From NCBI RefSeq assembly GCF_028641065.1, contig NW_026576077.1, positions 62,001 through 126,000 on the forward strand: 64,000 nt of DNA, in the 5' to 3' direction. The notes under the pieces were generated by a model. The model ran no database searches and had not been told where the DNA came from. It saw only the letters and a list, made by a program, of their open reading frames with translations. This document shows positions 22,340 through 36,121 of this stretch, piece by piece. How positions within the stretch are numbered: the first letter of the stretch is position 1; every line of letters begins with the position of its first letter. The DNA comes from Leucoraja erinacea. Its lineage: Eukaryota. The translations under genes were made by a program, and so were the position numbers.

Positions 22340-23335
22340 TCCTCTGGCAGGGAGGTTCTACTGCAGTTGTACAGGGTCTTGGTGAGACCACACCCGGAGT
22401 ATTGCGTACAGTTTTGGTCTCCTAATCTGAGGAAAGACATTCTTGCCATAGAGGATTTGAGTCTAGGAGCAGGGAGGTTCTACTGCAGTTGTACAGGGTC
22501 TTGGTGAGACCACACCTGGAGTATTGCGTACAGCTTTGGTCTCCTAATCTGAGGAAAGACATTCTTGCCATAGAGGATTTGAGTCTAGGAGCAGGGAGGT
22601 TCTACTGCAGTTGTACAGGGTCTTGGTGAGACCACACCTGGAGTATTGCGTACAGTTTTGGTCTCCTAATATGAGGAAAGACATTCTTGCCATAGAGGAT
22701 TTGGGTCTAGGAGCAGGGAGGTTCTACTGCAGTTGTACAGGGTCTTGGTGAGACCACACCTGGAGTATTGCGTACAGTTTTGGTCTCCTAATCTGAGGAA
22801 AGACATTCTTGCCATAGAGGGAGTACAGAGACGGTTCACCAGACTGATTCCTGGGATGTCAGGACTTTCTTATGAAGAAAGACTGGATAGACTCGGCTTG
22901 TACTCGCTAGAATTTAGGAGATTGAGGGGGGATCTTATAGAAACTTACAAAATTCTTAAGGGGTTGGACAGGCTAGATGCAGGAAGATTGTTCCTGATGT
23001 TGGGGAAGTCCAGGACAAGGGGTCACAGTTTAAGGATAAGGGGGAAATCTTTTAGGACCCGAGATGAGAAAAACATTTTTTTTTCACACAGAGAGTGGCG
23101 AATCTCTGGAACTCTCTGCCACAGAAGGTAGTTGAGGCCACACAGTTCATTGGCTATATTTAAGAGGGAGTTAGATGTGGCCCTTGTGGCTAAAGGGATC
23201 AGGGGGTATGGAGAGAAGGCAGGTATGGGATACTGAGTTGGATGATCAGCCATGATCATATTGAATGGCGAATGGTGCAGGCTCGAAGGGCCGAATGGGC
23301 TCTACTCCTGCACCTATTGTCTATGTTTCTATGTT
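22340..23335 (+). mobile_element. CR1-clade LINE fragment with internal 122-bp tandem multiplication
   Basis: Segment encoding [35 protein letters not shown] is repeated 4x before the normal 3' end. Confidence 0.85.
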
Positions 23336-24479
23336 CTGTGTGAAAAACTTGCCCCTCAGATTCCTATCAAATCTTTTCCCCTTCACCTTGAACCTCTATG
23401 CCTCTGTGGACCATGTAATAGAAGAAGAATGAGGCCATTCGGCCCATCATGTCTATTCCACCATTCAATCATGGCTGATCTGTCTGTCCTTCAACTTCAT
23501 TCTCCTGCCTTCTCCCCATAGCCTTTGACACGGTACACTCCCACAGTATCTGAGCTTACTTTCTCTCCCCCTCCCCCCTCCCCTTCTCCCTCTCCCTCTC
23601 TCCCTGCCTTCTCACTCTTGATGGAGTGGATGTGGAGAGGATGTTTCCACTAGTGGGAGAGTCTAGGACCAGAGGGCACAGCCTCACAATTAAAGGACGT
23701 TCCTTTAGGAAGGAGATGAGGAGGAATTTCTTTAGTCAGAGGGTGGTGAATCTGTGGGATTCTTTACCACAGATGGCTGTGGAGGCCACAAGTCAGTGGT
23801 ATATTTAAGGCAGAGATAGATAGATTCTTGATTAGTGCGGGTGTCAGGGGTTATGGGGAGAAGGCAGGAGAATGGGGTTAGGAGGGAGAGATAGATCAGC
23901 CCTGATTGAATGGCAGGGTAGATGGGCTGAATGGCCTAATTCTACTCCTATACCTCATGAACTCAGCGGGACAGGCAGCATCTCTGTAGAGAAGGAATGG
24001 GTCGAGGCCTGTCTTCAGACTCGACATATTCTTGTGCTTCTGCAAGTAAGAATGTTACCGTTCTGTAAGGGGTTGGACAGGCTAGATGCAGGAAGATTGT
24101 TCCCGATGTTGGGGAAGTCCAGGACAAGGGGTCACAGCTTAAGGATAAGGGGGAAATCCTTTAAAACCGAGATGAGAAGAACTTTTTTCACACAGAGAGT
24201 GGTGAATCTCTGGAACTCTCTGTCACAGAGGGTAGTTGAGGCCAGTTCATTGGCTATATTTAAGAGGGAGTTAGATGTGGCCCTTGTGGCTAAAGGGATC
24301 AGGGGGTATGGAGAGAAGGCAGGTACAGGATACTGAGTTGGATGATCAGCCATGATCATATTGAATGGCGGTGCAGGCTCGAAGGGCCGAATGGCCTCTA
24401 CTCCTGCACCTAATTTCTATGTTTCTATGTAATGGGACATTGACAATGAAACACAGTCGACTCTTGAAAAGCCCGCAGG

Positions 24480-24960
24480 TTTATTGACGTTATCAGCAAG
24501 TGATGTACAAAATCAGCGACTACTTTGAGCGCAGGCAGCTGTATGAGACACATCCACATCCCAGCAATCCAGTTGTTGCCTTCCTCCGAGGAGCATATTC
24601 TCCGGTGCGAGGGGAACATTCTCCACTGCCTGGCCTGCAGCAATGGGACCAGGATCTCTCTTCATCCACGCTCTCCACAGATCAGCTTCTTGACAGAAGA
24701 TGTTCTGGTTTCTGGAAGGAGTTTCTTCCCAGAGGCAATTCGGACTGTAAACGCCTATCTCACCAGGGACTAACTCTACTGAACGTTTTTCCTTCCATTA
24801 TTTATTATGTAAAAGAATATGTGTGTTATGATTGTGTTTATAATTTGTTTGGTTGTTTTGTTGTTTGTCTTTTGCACAAAAGTCCACGAGCATTGCCACT
24901 TTCATTTCACTGCACATCTCGTATGTGTATGTGACAAATAAACTTGACTTGACTTGACTT
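24480..24960 (+). mobile_element. Rex1/Babar-like LINE 3' fragment
   Basis: ..RSFFPEAIRTVN.. then AATAAA-(CTTGA)n tail; related copies at 39778-40230 (-) and a tail at ~15150-15293. Confidence 0.65.
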
Positions 24961-25705
24961 TCCTACAAATGGCGTTGAGAACTAGAGTTGCAAGGACATG
25001 TACACAGAGAGTTGTGAGTCTGTGGAATCCTCTGCCTCAGAGGGCGGTGGAGGCCGGTTCTCTGGATACTTTCAAGAGAGAGCTAGATCTCTTGGGATAG
25101 CGGAGTTAAGGGTTATGGAGTGAAAGCAGGAACGGGGATAATCAGCCATGATCACATTGAATGGCGGTGCAGGCTCGAAGGGCCGAATGGCCTCTACTCC
25201 TGCACCTATTGTCTATTGACTAGATGGTGTGAGCTACAGGGAGAGGTTGAGGTAGGCTGGGTCTCTATTCCTTGGAGCGCAGGAGGATGAGGGGAGATCT
25301 TATAGAGGTGTATAAAATCATGAGAGGAATAGATCGGGCAGAGTCTCTTGCCCAGAGTAGGGGAATCGAGGACCAGAGGACATGGGTTTAAGGGGAAGGG
25401 GAGAAGATTTAATAGGAATCTGAGGGGTAACTTTTCCACACAGAGGGTGGTGGGTGTATGGAACGAGCTGCCAGAGGAGGTAGTTGAGGCTGGGACTATC
25501 CCAACGTTTAAGAAACAGTTAGACAGGTACGTGGATGGGACAGGTTTGGAGGGATATGGACCAAGCGCAGGCAGGTGGGACTAGTGTGGGCAAGTTGGGC
25601 TGAAGGGCCTGTTTCCACACTGTATCACTCTGTGACGGAATCATATTGGGGGGGGTGGTGCAATCATTGCTCAACTACAGAATGTGTCGCTCTCTCCGGC
25701 CCTCT

Positions 25706-26404
25706 CTAGGAGAAACCCCTCCCCTCACACTGACCCCCAGCTGCCTGGTACCTCAGGAGTACGCTGCTCTGAGCCTCAGGCTGGGGCCCAGGGTGGAGGT
25801 GCCCTGTCACAGTGGCTCCAGGGTGGAGCCCGTTCCCGGAAGCTCCAGTGTGGAGATACCCAAACTGGGAAGCTTCGTGGTGGAGCCCAGCTCCGTAGTG
25901 GGGCCCAGTGCCTGGGGCTCTGTGCTGGAGCCCAGCTCCGTGCTGGAGCCCAGTGCCTGGGGCTCTGTGCTGGAGCCCATTGCCTGACGCTCGAGGGTGG
26001 AGATGCCCAGACTGGAGACTTCCATGGTGGAGGAGCCCAGCTCCGTGGTGGAGACCAGGCTGGGGAGCTCCATGGTAGAGCCCAGTACCAGAGGCTCCAG
26101 GATGGAGATGTCCAGACTGGGGAAAGGCTCGTGGCCTGAGGAACTGCTGGTCTGGGCTGCTGGACGTCACTGACTGTGGCCCCAGCTCAGGCTCGGGCTG
26201 GGAGGACAGGGCGATAGAGAACTTGACCGATCGGTTGGTGTATTGCAGGGCGCTCTTGATGAGGGTGGACTGCAGGCTGCCCATGGCTGGACACATGGAC
26301 TCGGGACACGGCCAGGCCTGGGCAGCTGATGGGCAGTGTTTGGGCAGCGGGTGGAACTGATGCTGCATATATTCTGACAGATTCCTGAAGGCCAAATGGT
26401 TACC
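25706..26404 (-). CDS. NANOG-like homeobox gene A, terminal exon 5 (GNHLAFRNL...GRGFS*)
   Basis: Acceptor gtgtttgcag|, phase 0, 699 nt open; contains GLHHGA-type His/Gly repeats. Confidence 0.75.
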   Translation of the reverse strand, partial: GNHLAFRNLSEYMQHQFHPLPKHCPSAAQAWPCPESMCPAMGSLQSTLIKSALQYTNRSVKFSIALSSQPEPELGPQSVTSSSPDQQFLRPRAFPQSGHLHPGASGTGLYHGAPQPGLHHGAGLLHHGSLQSGHLHPRASGNGLQHRAPGTGLQHGAGLQHRAPGTGPHYGAGLHHEASQFGYLHTGASGNGLHPGATVTGHLHPGPQPEAQSSVLLRYQAAGGQCEGRGFS

Positions 26405-27769
26405 CTGCAAACACACAAGAAGTTTCTGTAAGTCCAACACTAGACACACACACACACACACACCATAACTGTGGAGATGGTCAACAAGGCTAATCTTCAC
26501 CACATGTGCTGTCTATGTGGAGTTTGCACGATCTCCCTGTGAACACGTGGTTTTCCCCCCACACTCCAATGATGGTCTCCTAATCTGAGGAAAGACATTC
26601 TTGCCGTAGAGGATTTGAGTCTAGGAGCAGGGAGGTTGACAATGTCTCGTGAAGAATGTTCTATCCACAGATGGAGTATTTGGTCTCCTAATCTGAGGAA
26701 GGACATTCTTGCCATAGAGGGAGTACAGAGAAGGTTCACCAGACTGATTCCTGGGATGTCAGGACTTTCATATGAAGAAAGACTGGATAGACTCGGCTTG
26801 TACACGCTAGAATTTAGAAGATTGAGGGGGGATCTTATAGAAACTTACAAAGTTCTTAAGGGGTTGGACAGGCTAGATGCAGGAAGATTGTTCCCGATGT
26901 TGGGGAAGTCCAGTACAAGGGGCCACACACAGTTTAAGGATAAGGGGGAAATCTTTTAGGACCGAGATGAGAAAAACATTCTTCACACAGAAAGTGGTGA
27001 ATCTCTGGAATTCTCTGCCACAGAAGGTAGTTGAGGCCAGGCTATATTTAAGAGGGAGTTAGATGTGGCCCTTGTGGCTAAAGGGATCAGGGGGTATGGA
27101 GAGAAGGCAGGGATGGGATACTGAATTGGATGATCAGCCATGATGATATTGAATGGCGAATGGTGCAGGCTCGAAGGGCCGAATGGCCTCTACTCCTGCA
27201 CCAGTTGTCTATGTTTCTATGTTTGCAGGTTAATTGGCTTCTGTAAATTGTCCCCAGGTGTGTAGGACAGAACTAGTGTACAGGGATCGCTGGTCAGCAT
27301 GGACTCAGTGGGCTGAAGGGCCTGTTTTCACGTTGTATCTCTAAACTAACACATACGCTGGAGATTCAGAACGGGCTTATTCACAGATGACAGAGGGTGG
27401 TAGTGGAAGGACAAAATCCAGGGTGGACATCAGTGACCAGTGGAGAGAGAGAGGGAATGCCGGGGTTATTTGAATTTAGAGAAATCACTTTTCACACCAC
27501 TGTGTTGGAAGCTGATATACGAGATGCCTTTCCTCCAAATTCATAGCAGCCAATTCATCTACTAACCCGCAAGTCTTTGGAGTGTGGGAGGAAACTGGAG
27601 CACCCGGAGAAAACCCACACAGGTCACGGGGAGAGCATGCAAACTCTGCACAGACAGCACCCGAGGTCAGGATCGAACCTGGGTCTTTGGCGCTGTGAGG
27701 CAGCAGCTCTACCCTGTACATTGTTGATGGAGAGACCCATCCCAGCCGAGCCCAGGTACCCACACTCAC

Positions 27770-27871
27770 CTGAGTTGAGTCCGGCCGCAGGTAGCTGACC
27801 ACTGTGCTGTCGGTCGGGTCCTTCACGATCCGCTTGACCTTCATGCGTCGATTTTGGAACCAAGTCTTCAC
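27770..27871 (-). CDS. Homeobox gene A exon 4 (VKTWFQNRRMKVKRIVKDPTDSTVVSYLRPDSTQ)
   Basis: ttcctttcag|GTG AAG ACT TGG TTC CAA AAT ... CAG|gtgagt; 102 nt, phase 0/0. Confidence 0.9.
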
Positions 27872-29479
27872 CTGAAAGGAATAAATCCAGTTCATTATCA
27901 CCGTAGGTCTTTAAATTGCATTATATATAGGCACAGAAAGCTGGAGTAACTCAGCGGCACAGGCAGCATCTCTGGAGAGAAGGGATGGGTGAAGCTTCGG
28001 GTCAGGACCCTTCTTCAGGATCAACACCAAACGTCACTAGAATTTAGAAGATCTTATAGAAACAGTTTTGGTCTCCTAATCTGAGGAAAGACATTCTTGC
28101 CATAGAGGATTTGAGTCTAGGAGCAGGGAGGTTCTACTGCAGTTGTACAGGGTCTTGGTGAGACCACACCTGGAGTATTGCGTACAGTTTTGGTCTCCTA
28201 ATCTGAGAAAAGACATTATTGCCATAGAGGGAGTACAGAGAAGGTTCACCAGACTGATTCCTGGGATGTCAGGACTTTCATATGAAGAAAGACTGGATAG
28301 ACTCGGCTTGTACTCGCTAGAATTTAGAAGATTGAGGGGGGATCTTATAGAAACTTACAAAATTCTTAAGGGGTTGGACAGGCTAGATGCAGGAAGATTG
28401 TTCCCGATGTTGGGGAAGTCCAGAACAAGGGGCCACACACACAGTTTAAGGATAAGGGGGAAATCTTTTAGGACCGAGATGAGAAAAACATTTTTCACAC
28501 ACAGAGAGTGGTGAATCTGTGGAACTCTCTGCCACAGAAGGTAGTTGAGGCCACACAGTTCGTTGGCTATATTTAAGAGGGAGTTAGATGTGGCCCTTGT
28601 GGCTAAAGGGATCAGGGGGTATGGAGAGAAGGCAGGGATGGGATACTGAGTTGGATGATCAGCCATGATCATATTGAATGGTGGTGCAGGCTCGAAGGGC
28701 CGAATGGCCTCTACTCCTGCACCTATTTTCTATGTATCTATCAGCCATGATCATATTGAATGGCGGTGCAGGCTCGAAGGGCCGAATGGCCTCTACTCCT
28801 GCACCTATTTTCTATGTTTCTATCAGCCATGATGATATTGAATGGTGGTGCAAGCTCGAAGGGCTGAATGGCCTCTACTCCTGCACCTATTTTCTATGTT
28901 TCTATCAGCCATGATCATATTGAATGGTGGTGCAAGCTCGAAGGGCCGAATGGCCTCTACTCCTGCACCTATTTTCTATGTTTCTAACTCTCTTGACTTG
29001 ACTAGTGTTGGTCCACATGAGCAGGTAGGGTCAGCATGAGCAAGTTGGGCCGAAGGGCCTGTCTATATGCTGCATGACTGATAACTAGTATGGCTGGGTG
29101 ACTACAAGAATGTTCCCGGGGCTGCAGTTTGTGGCTGATTAGCAAAACAAAGAGCTCAGCGGTCGGTCCCAGTGGGTCTGGCAGGGCAGAGGTGTAAGCA
29201 TGGACAAGGGGGCCTGGGGTGAGACACTGTCCACAGTTGCAGTTCGCAGACTATTCACACGTCCTCAAGGTGGGCTGCATAACAAAGGATTCTGCAGGTA
29301 CAAGCAGCCAGGTACAGATTCCAAGGCCAGGCACAACAATGCTCAGAAATGCAACACCTCCAAGGTGTGAGATCACCCTGGGCAGCTGGAACTGCCTGTG
29401 TCACCGGAACAGGGTCGTTAGAGCACTCTAGCGCTCTGGAGTTTGATAGTGTTACCCCAACATGCACCCCAAAAATACA

Positions 29480-29950
29480 CAGAGTGCTGGGAGCAACTCA
29501 GTGGGTCAGCAGCATCTGTGGAGAACATGGATAGGTGACGTTTCACAGAGTGCTGGAGTAACTCAGCGGGTCAGGCAGCATCTGTGGAGAACATGGATAG
29601 GTGACGTTTCACAGAGTGCTGGAGTAACTCAGCGAGTCAGGCAGCATCTATGGAGCTAAGGAAATAGGCAACGTTTCAGGCCGAAACCCGTAAGGGTTTC
29701 GGCCCGAAACGTTGCCTATTTCCAGAAGGATTTCGGCCCGAAACATTGCCTATTTCCTTAGCTCCATAGATGCTGCTGCACCATAACTGAGTGGGTCAGG
29801 CAGCATCTGTGGAGAACATGGATAGGTGACGTTTCACAGAGTGCTGGAGTAACTCAGCGGGTGGGTCAGGCAGCATCTGTGGAGAACATGGATAGGTGAC
29901 GTTTCACAGAGTGCTGGAGTAACTCAGCGGGTCAGGCAGCATCTCTGATG
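29480..29950 (-). repeat. 66-bp minisatellite (inverted) with a nested palindromic element
   Basis: Reverse complement of the 3089-3615 unit; inverted repeat at ~29635-29780. Confidence 0.85.
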
Positions 29951-31854
29951 AACATGGAGTAACTCATAGAAACATAGAACATAGCAAATAGGTGCAGGAT
30001 TAGAGGCCATTCGGCCCTTCGAGCCTGCACCGCCATTCAATATGATCATGGCTGATCATCCAACTCAGTATCCTGTACCTGCCTTCTCTCCATACCCACT
30101 GATCCCTTTAGACACAAGGGCCACATCCAACACCCTCTTAAATATAGCCAATGAACTGTGGCCTCAACTACCTTCTGTGGCAGAGAGTTCCACAGATTCA
30201 CCACTCTCTCTGTGAAAAATGTTTTTCTCATCTCGGTCCTAAAGGATTCCCCCTTATCCTTAAACTGTGACCCCTTGTTCTGGACTTCCCCAACATCGGG
30301 AACAATCTTCCTGCATCTAGCCTGTCCAACCCCTTAAGAATTTTGTAAGTTTCTATAAGATCCCCCCTCAACCTTCTAAATTCCAGCGAGTACAAGCCGA
30401 GTCTATCCAGTCTTTCTTCATATGAAAGTCCTGACATCCCAGGAATCAGTCTGGTGAACCTTCTCTGTACTCCCTCTATGGCAATAATGTCTTTCCTCAG
30501 ATTAGGAGACCAAAACTGTACGCAATACTCCAGGTGTGGTCTCACCAAGACCCTGTACAACTGCAGTAGAACCTCCCTGCTCCTAGACTCAAATCCTCTA
30601 TGGCAAGAATGTCTTTCCTCAGATTAGGAGACCAAAACTGTACGCAATACTCCTAACCCCATTCTCCTGCCTTCTCCCCATAACCCCAGACACCCGTACT
30701 AATCAAGAATCTATCTATGCCTGCTTTAAAAACATCCACTGGTGTGGCCTCTGCAAATAATTCCACAGATTCACCACCATCTTGAGTAAAGAAATTTCTC
30801 CTCATCTCCTTCCGAAAAGAATATCCTTTAATTCTGAGGTTGTGACCTCTGGTCCTAGACTCTCCCATTAGTGGAAACATCCTCTCCACATCCACTCTAT
30901 CCAACCCTTCCACTATTTGCTACGTTTCAATGAGGTCCCCGCTCATTCTTCTAAACTCCAGCGAGTACAGGCCCAGTGCCGACAAACGCTCATCGTATGT
31001 TAACCCAGTATCCCTAAACTAAACTAAGATAGACTTTAGATTGTGTGGAAACAGGCCCTTCTGCCCACCGAGTCCATGCCGACCATCGATCACCCCGTAC
31101 ACTCACACTATCCTACACACACTGCGGACAATTCACACTTTACAGAAACCTGTACGTCTTTGGAGTGTGGGAGGAAACTGGATCATCCGGGGAAAAACCC
31201 ACGCAGGTCACAGGGAGACCGTGCAAACTCCACACAGACAGCTCCCGTAATCAGGATCGAACCTGGGTCTGTGATGTTGTGAGGCAGCAGCTCTACCCGC
31301 TGCACCACCGTGCCACCCGAGATATTAGTTTTTAGTTTAACCATATAACAATTACAGCACGGAAACAGGCCATCTCGGCCCTACAAGTCCGTGCCGAACA
31401 ACTTTTTCCCTTTGTCCCACCTGCCTGCACTCATACCATAACCCTCCATTCCCTTCTCATCCATATGCCTATCCAATTTATTTTTAAATGATACCAACGA
31501 ACCTGCCTCCACCACTTCCACTGGAAGCTCATTCCACACCGCCACCACTCTCTGAGTAAAGAAGTTCCCCCTCATGTTACCCCTAAACTTCTGTCCCTTA
31601 ATTCTGAAGTCATGTCCTCTTGTTTGAATCTTCCCTATTCTCAAAGGGAAAAGCTTGTCCACGTCAACTCTGTCTATCCCTCTCATCATTTTAAAGACCT
31701 CTATCAAGTCCCCCTTAACCTTCTGCGCTCCAGAGAATAAAGACCTAACTTGTTCAACCTTTCTCTTAGTTTAGTTTAGTTTATTGTCACGTGTATCAAG
31801 GAGGGAAGATAATGATGAAGATATGTGGCCCCAACAGCCTATGTGTGAGTAGCA

Positions 31855-34800
31855 GCCCCCCCCCCCCCGACCTCCTTCACCCCCCCACCTCCACCTTCCC
31901 CCCCCCCACCTTCACCCCCCCACCTCCCCTCCCCCACCTTCACCTCCACCTTCACCTTCACTCCCCCACCCCCCACCCACCCCCCCACCTCAGATTCAGA
32001 TTCAGATTCAATTTTAATTGTCATTGTCAGTGTACCGTACAGCGACAAGCGAACCACACCTCCACCTTCACCTTCACCCCCCCCACCTCCACCTCCCCCT
32101 TCACCCCCCCACCTCCACTCCCACCCCACCTTCACCCCCCCACCTCCACCTTCACCCCCCCACCTCAGATTCAGATTCAATTTTAATTGTCATTGTCAGT
32201 GTACAGTAGAGACAAGCGAACCACACCTCCACCTTCACCTTCACCCCCCCACCTCCACCCCCCACCTCCACCTCCACCCCCCCCCCACCCTCCACCCCCC
32301 ACCTCCACCCCCCCACCTCCACCTCCACCCCCCCCCCCCACCTCCACCTTCACCCCCCCCCACCCCACCCACCCCCCCCACCTCCACCTTCACCCCCCCC
32401 CCTTCCACCTCCCCTTCTCCCCCCCCACCTCCACCCCCCCACCCACCCCCACCACCCCCACCTTCACCTTCCCCCCCCCACCCCCACCTCCACCTCCACC
32501 CCCCCCACCTCCACCCCCCCACCTCCACCTTCACTCCACCTCCACCTTCACCTCCCCCCCCCACCTCCACCTCCACCTTCCACCCCCACCTCCACCTCCA
32601 CACCCACCCCCCACCCTCCACCCCCACCTCCACCTTCACCCCCCCACCTCCACCTTCACCCCCACCCCCACCTTCCACCATTCACCCCCCCCTCCCACCT
32701 CCACCTTCACCCCCCCACCTCCACCCACACCTCCACCTCACCCCCCCCACCCCCCCCCCCCAGAGGGAACCCCACCCCCCACTCCACAACCACCTTCCCC
32801 CCCCACCCCACCTCCACCCCCCCACCTCACCCCTCAACCCCCACCTCCACCTTCACCCCCACCCCACCTCCACCTTCACCCCCCACCTCCACCGTCCACC
32901 TTCACCCACCCCCCTCCACCTCCCCCCCACCACCACCCACCCTCCCCCCCCCCACCTCCACCTCCACCCCCCACCCCCCTTCACCCCCCCCACCTCCACC
33001 CCCCACCTCCACCCCACCTCCCCTTCCCCCCCCCACCTCCACCCACCCCCCCCACCCCCACCCTCCCCCCTCCACCTTCCCCCCCCCCACCTCCACCTTC
33101 ACCCCCCTCCCCTCCACCCCCACCCCCCACCCCACCTCACCCCCCCACCCCCCCTCCCACCCCCTCCACCTCCACCCCCCCCCCCACCCACCCCCCCCCC
33201 TCCACCCCTCCCACCTCCACCCCCCCCCACCCCCACCTCCCCCCCCCCACCCCCACCTTCCCCCCCTCAACCCCCCCCTCCACCTCCACACCCCCACCTC
33301 CACCTCCACACCCCCCCCCCCCCCCCCCTCACCCCCCTCACCCCCCTCTCCCCCCTCCACCCCCCCCCCCCACCCCACCTCCACCCCCCCCCACCTCCAC
33401 CCCCCCCTCCCCCCCCCACCCCACCCCCCCACCCCCCACCCCACCTTCCCCCCCCACCCCCCCCTCCACCTCCACCCCCCCCCCCACCTCCACCTCCACC
33501 CCCCCACCTCCACCTCCACCTCCCCCACCCCACCCCCACCTCCACCTCCACCCCACCCACCTCCCTTCACCTTCCACCCCCCACCTCCCCTCCACTCCAC
33601 CCTCCACCTCCACCCTCCACNNNNNNNNNNNNNNNNNNNNNNNNNNNNNNNNNNNNNNNNNNNNNNNNNNNNNNNNNNNNNNNNNNNNNNNNNNNNNNNN
33701 NNNNNNNNNNNNNNNNNNNNNNNNNNNNNNNNNNNNNNNNNNNNNNNNNNNNNNNNNNNNNNNNNNNNNNNNNNNNNNNNNNNNNNNNNNNNNNNNNNNN
33801 NNNNNNNNNNNNNNNNNCCCCCCACCTCCACCTTCACCTCCCCCCCACCCCCTCCACCTCCACCTCACACCCCCACTCCCCCCCCACCCCCACCTCCACC
33901 TCCACCCCCCCCCCTCCACACCTCACCCCCCCCCCCCCACCTCCCACCCCACCACCTCCACCTTCACCCCCTCCACCCCCCACCTCCACCTTCACCCCCA
34001 CCCTCCACCTCACCCACCCCCCCCACCCCCCCCCCACTCAAACCCCTCTTCCCCCCCCCCACCTCCACCCCCACCCCCTCCCCCCCCCCCACCCACCCAC
34101 CCCCCCCCCTACCCCCCCCTCCCCCCACCCCCCCCCCCCCCCCCCCACCCCCCCCCCCCTCCACCCCCACCCCACCTCCACCTCCACCTCCACACCCCCC
34201 CCCCCCACCTTCACCCCCCACCTTCACCCCCCCCACCTCCACCTCCACCTTCACCCCCCCCACCTCCACCGTTCCCCCCCCCCACCTCCACCTTCACCCC
34301 CCCACCTCCCCCTCCACCTCCACCTCCACCTTCACCCCCCACCTTCCACCCCCCCACCCCCACCCCCACCTTCACCCCCCCCCCACCTCCACCTCCACCC
34401 CCCCCCACCTCCACCTTCACCCCCCACCACCACCTCCACCTCCACCCCCCCACCTCCACACCTTCACCCCCACCTTCACCCCCCCCCCCCACCCTCCACC
34501 TCACCCCCCCCCCCTCCACCTCCACCCCCCCCACCTCCCTTCACCCCCCCACCTCCACCTTCACCCCCCCACCTCCACCTCCACCTTCACCCCCCCACCC
34601 TCCACCTCCACCTCCACCCCCCCACCTCCACCTTCACCCCCCCACCTCCACCTCCACCTTCACCCCCCCCACCTCCACCTCCACCTTCACCTTCACCTGT
34701 CACCTCCACCTCCACCTCCACCTTCACCCCCCCCCACCTCCACCTTCACCCCCCCCCCCCCACCTCCACCTCCACCTTCACCTTCACCTTCACCTCCACC

Positions 34801-34920
34801 TCCACCTTCACTCCCCCACTCCCACCTTCACCCCCCCCCCCCACCTCCACCTCCACCTTCCCACCCCCCACCTCCACCTTCACCCCCCACCTCCACCTTC
34901 ACCACCACCACCTCCCCCTA
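31855..34920. repeat. ~3-kb C-rich low-complexity array (CCACCT/CCACCTT/poly-C) in intron 3 of gene A
   Basis: Direct reading; includes an N gap; source of the spurious 913-aa poly-Pro ORF. Confidence 0.95.
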
Positions 34921-34921
34921 C

Positions 34922-35196
34922 CTGTTGACTGCTCATCCCCAGCACATGTCCCAGCTCCTGCCGCTCGGATGCGGAGACGTAACGCTGCAGGTGGAAGCGT
35001 TGCTGCAGGACTCGCAGCTGGTCGCCGCTGAAGGTGGTGCGCCCCTTGGTCCTCTTCGACACCGTCTGCTGCTGCTGCTGCTGCTGCCCCGTGTTGGAGC
35101 CGTTCTCCTTGGCCGCGTCCACCCAGGATTCCGGCCTCGCCCCGAGCCAACGCAAACCGTTCCAGGAGTCGGCTCCCGACACCAAGTTGTGGGCGT
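34922..35196 (-). CDS. Homeobox gene A exon 3 (..Q7 TVSKRTKGRTTFSGDQLRVLQQRFHLQRYVSASERQELGHVLGMSSQQ)
   Basis: cacctgcag|AC ... CAG|gtaggg; 275 nt, phase 1 to 0; homeodomain residues 1-44. Confidence 0.9.
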
Positions 35197-36121
35197 CTGC
35201 AGGTGACAAGATACAGTGGGTAACGGCACACACAACACACAACGGGCAGAGCTGCTGCCTACAGCGCCAGAGACCCTGGTTCCATCCTGACTACGGGTAC
35301 TGTCTGTTGGGGAAGTCCAGAACAAGGGGCCACACACAGTTTTAGTATGTCTATTAGGACCGAGATGAGAATTTTTTTCCCCCACACATAGAGTGGTGAA
35401 TCTGTGGAATTCTCTGCCACAGAAGGTAGTTGAGGCCATATTTAAGAGGGATCTTATAGAAACTTACAAAATTCTTAAGGGGTTGGACAGGCTAGATGCA
35501 GGAAGATTGTTCCCGATGTTGGGGAAGTCCAGAACTAGGGGTCACAGTTTAAAGATAAGAGGGAAGTCTTTTAGGACCGAGATGAGAAAAAAAAAATTTA
35601 CACAGAGAGTGGTGAATCTGTGGAATTCTCTGCCACAGAAGGTAGTTGAGGTCATATTTAAGAGGGAGTTAGATGTGGCCCTTGTGGCTAAAGGTATCAG
35701 GGGTATGGAGAGAAGGCAGGTACAGGATACTGAGTTGGATGATCAGCCATGATCATATTGAATGGCGAATGGTGCAGGCTCGAAGGGCCGAATGGCCTCT
35801 AATCCTGCACCTATTTTCTATGCTTGATTATAGTCTGATTTCCATACATTAAATTTATATTCAATACATATATTTAAGAGGGAGTTAGATGTGGCCCTTG
35901 TGGCTAAAGGGGTCAGGGGGTATGGAGAGAAGGCAGGGATGGGATACTGAGTTGGATGATCAGCCATGATCATATTGAATGGTGGTGCAGGCTCGAAGGG
36001 CCGAATGGGTTAGTGTAGATGGGGGCATGTTGGCCAGTGTGGGTAAGTTGGGCCTGTTTCCGCACTGTATCACTACAAGCTCCTTTCTAAGGGATTCCCG
36101 CTGTGCCCGATCCACACTTAC

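Noticed and set aside
22733-23131. CR1 ORF2 pieces as host genes or an autonomous LINE
   Set aside because: All copies are 5'-truncated (<1 kb), lack the endonuclease and RT core, and carry indels.
32187-34928. 913-aa proline-rich ORF (extensin/formin-like)
   Set aside because: Translation of a C-rich low-complexity intronic tract spanning an N gap, antisense to gene A; stop-free only because of base composition.
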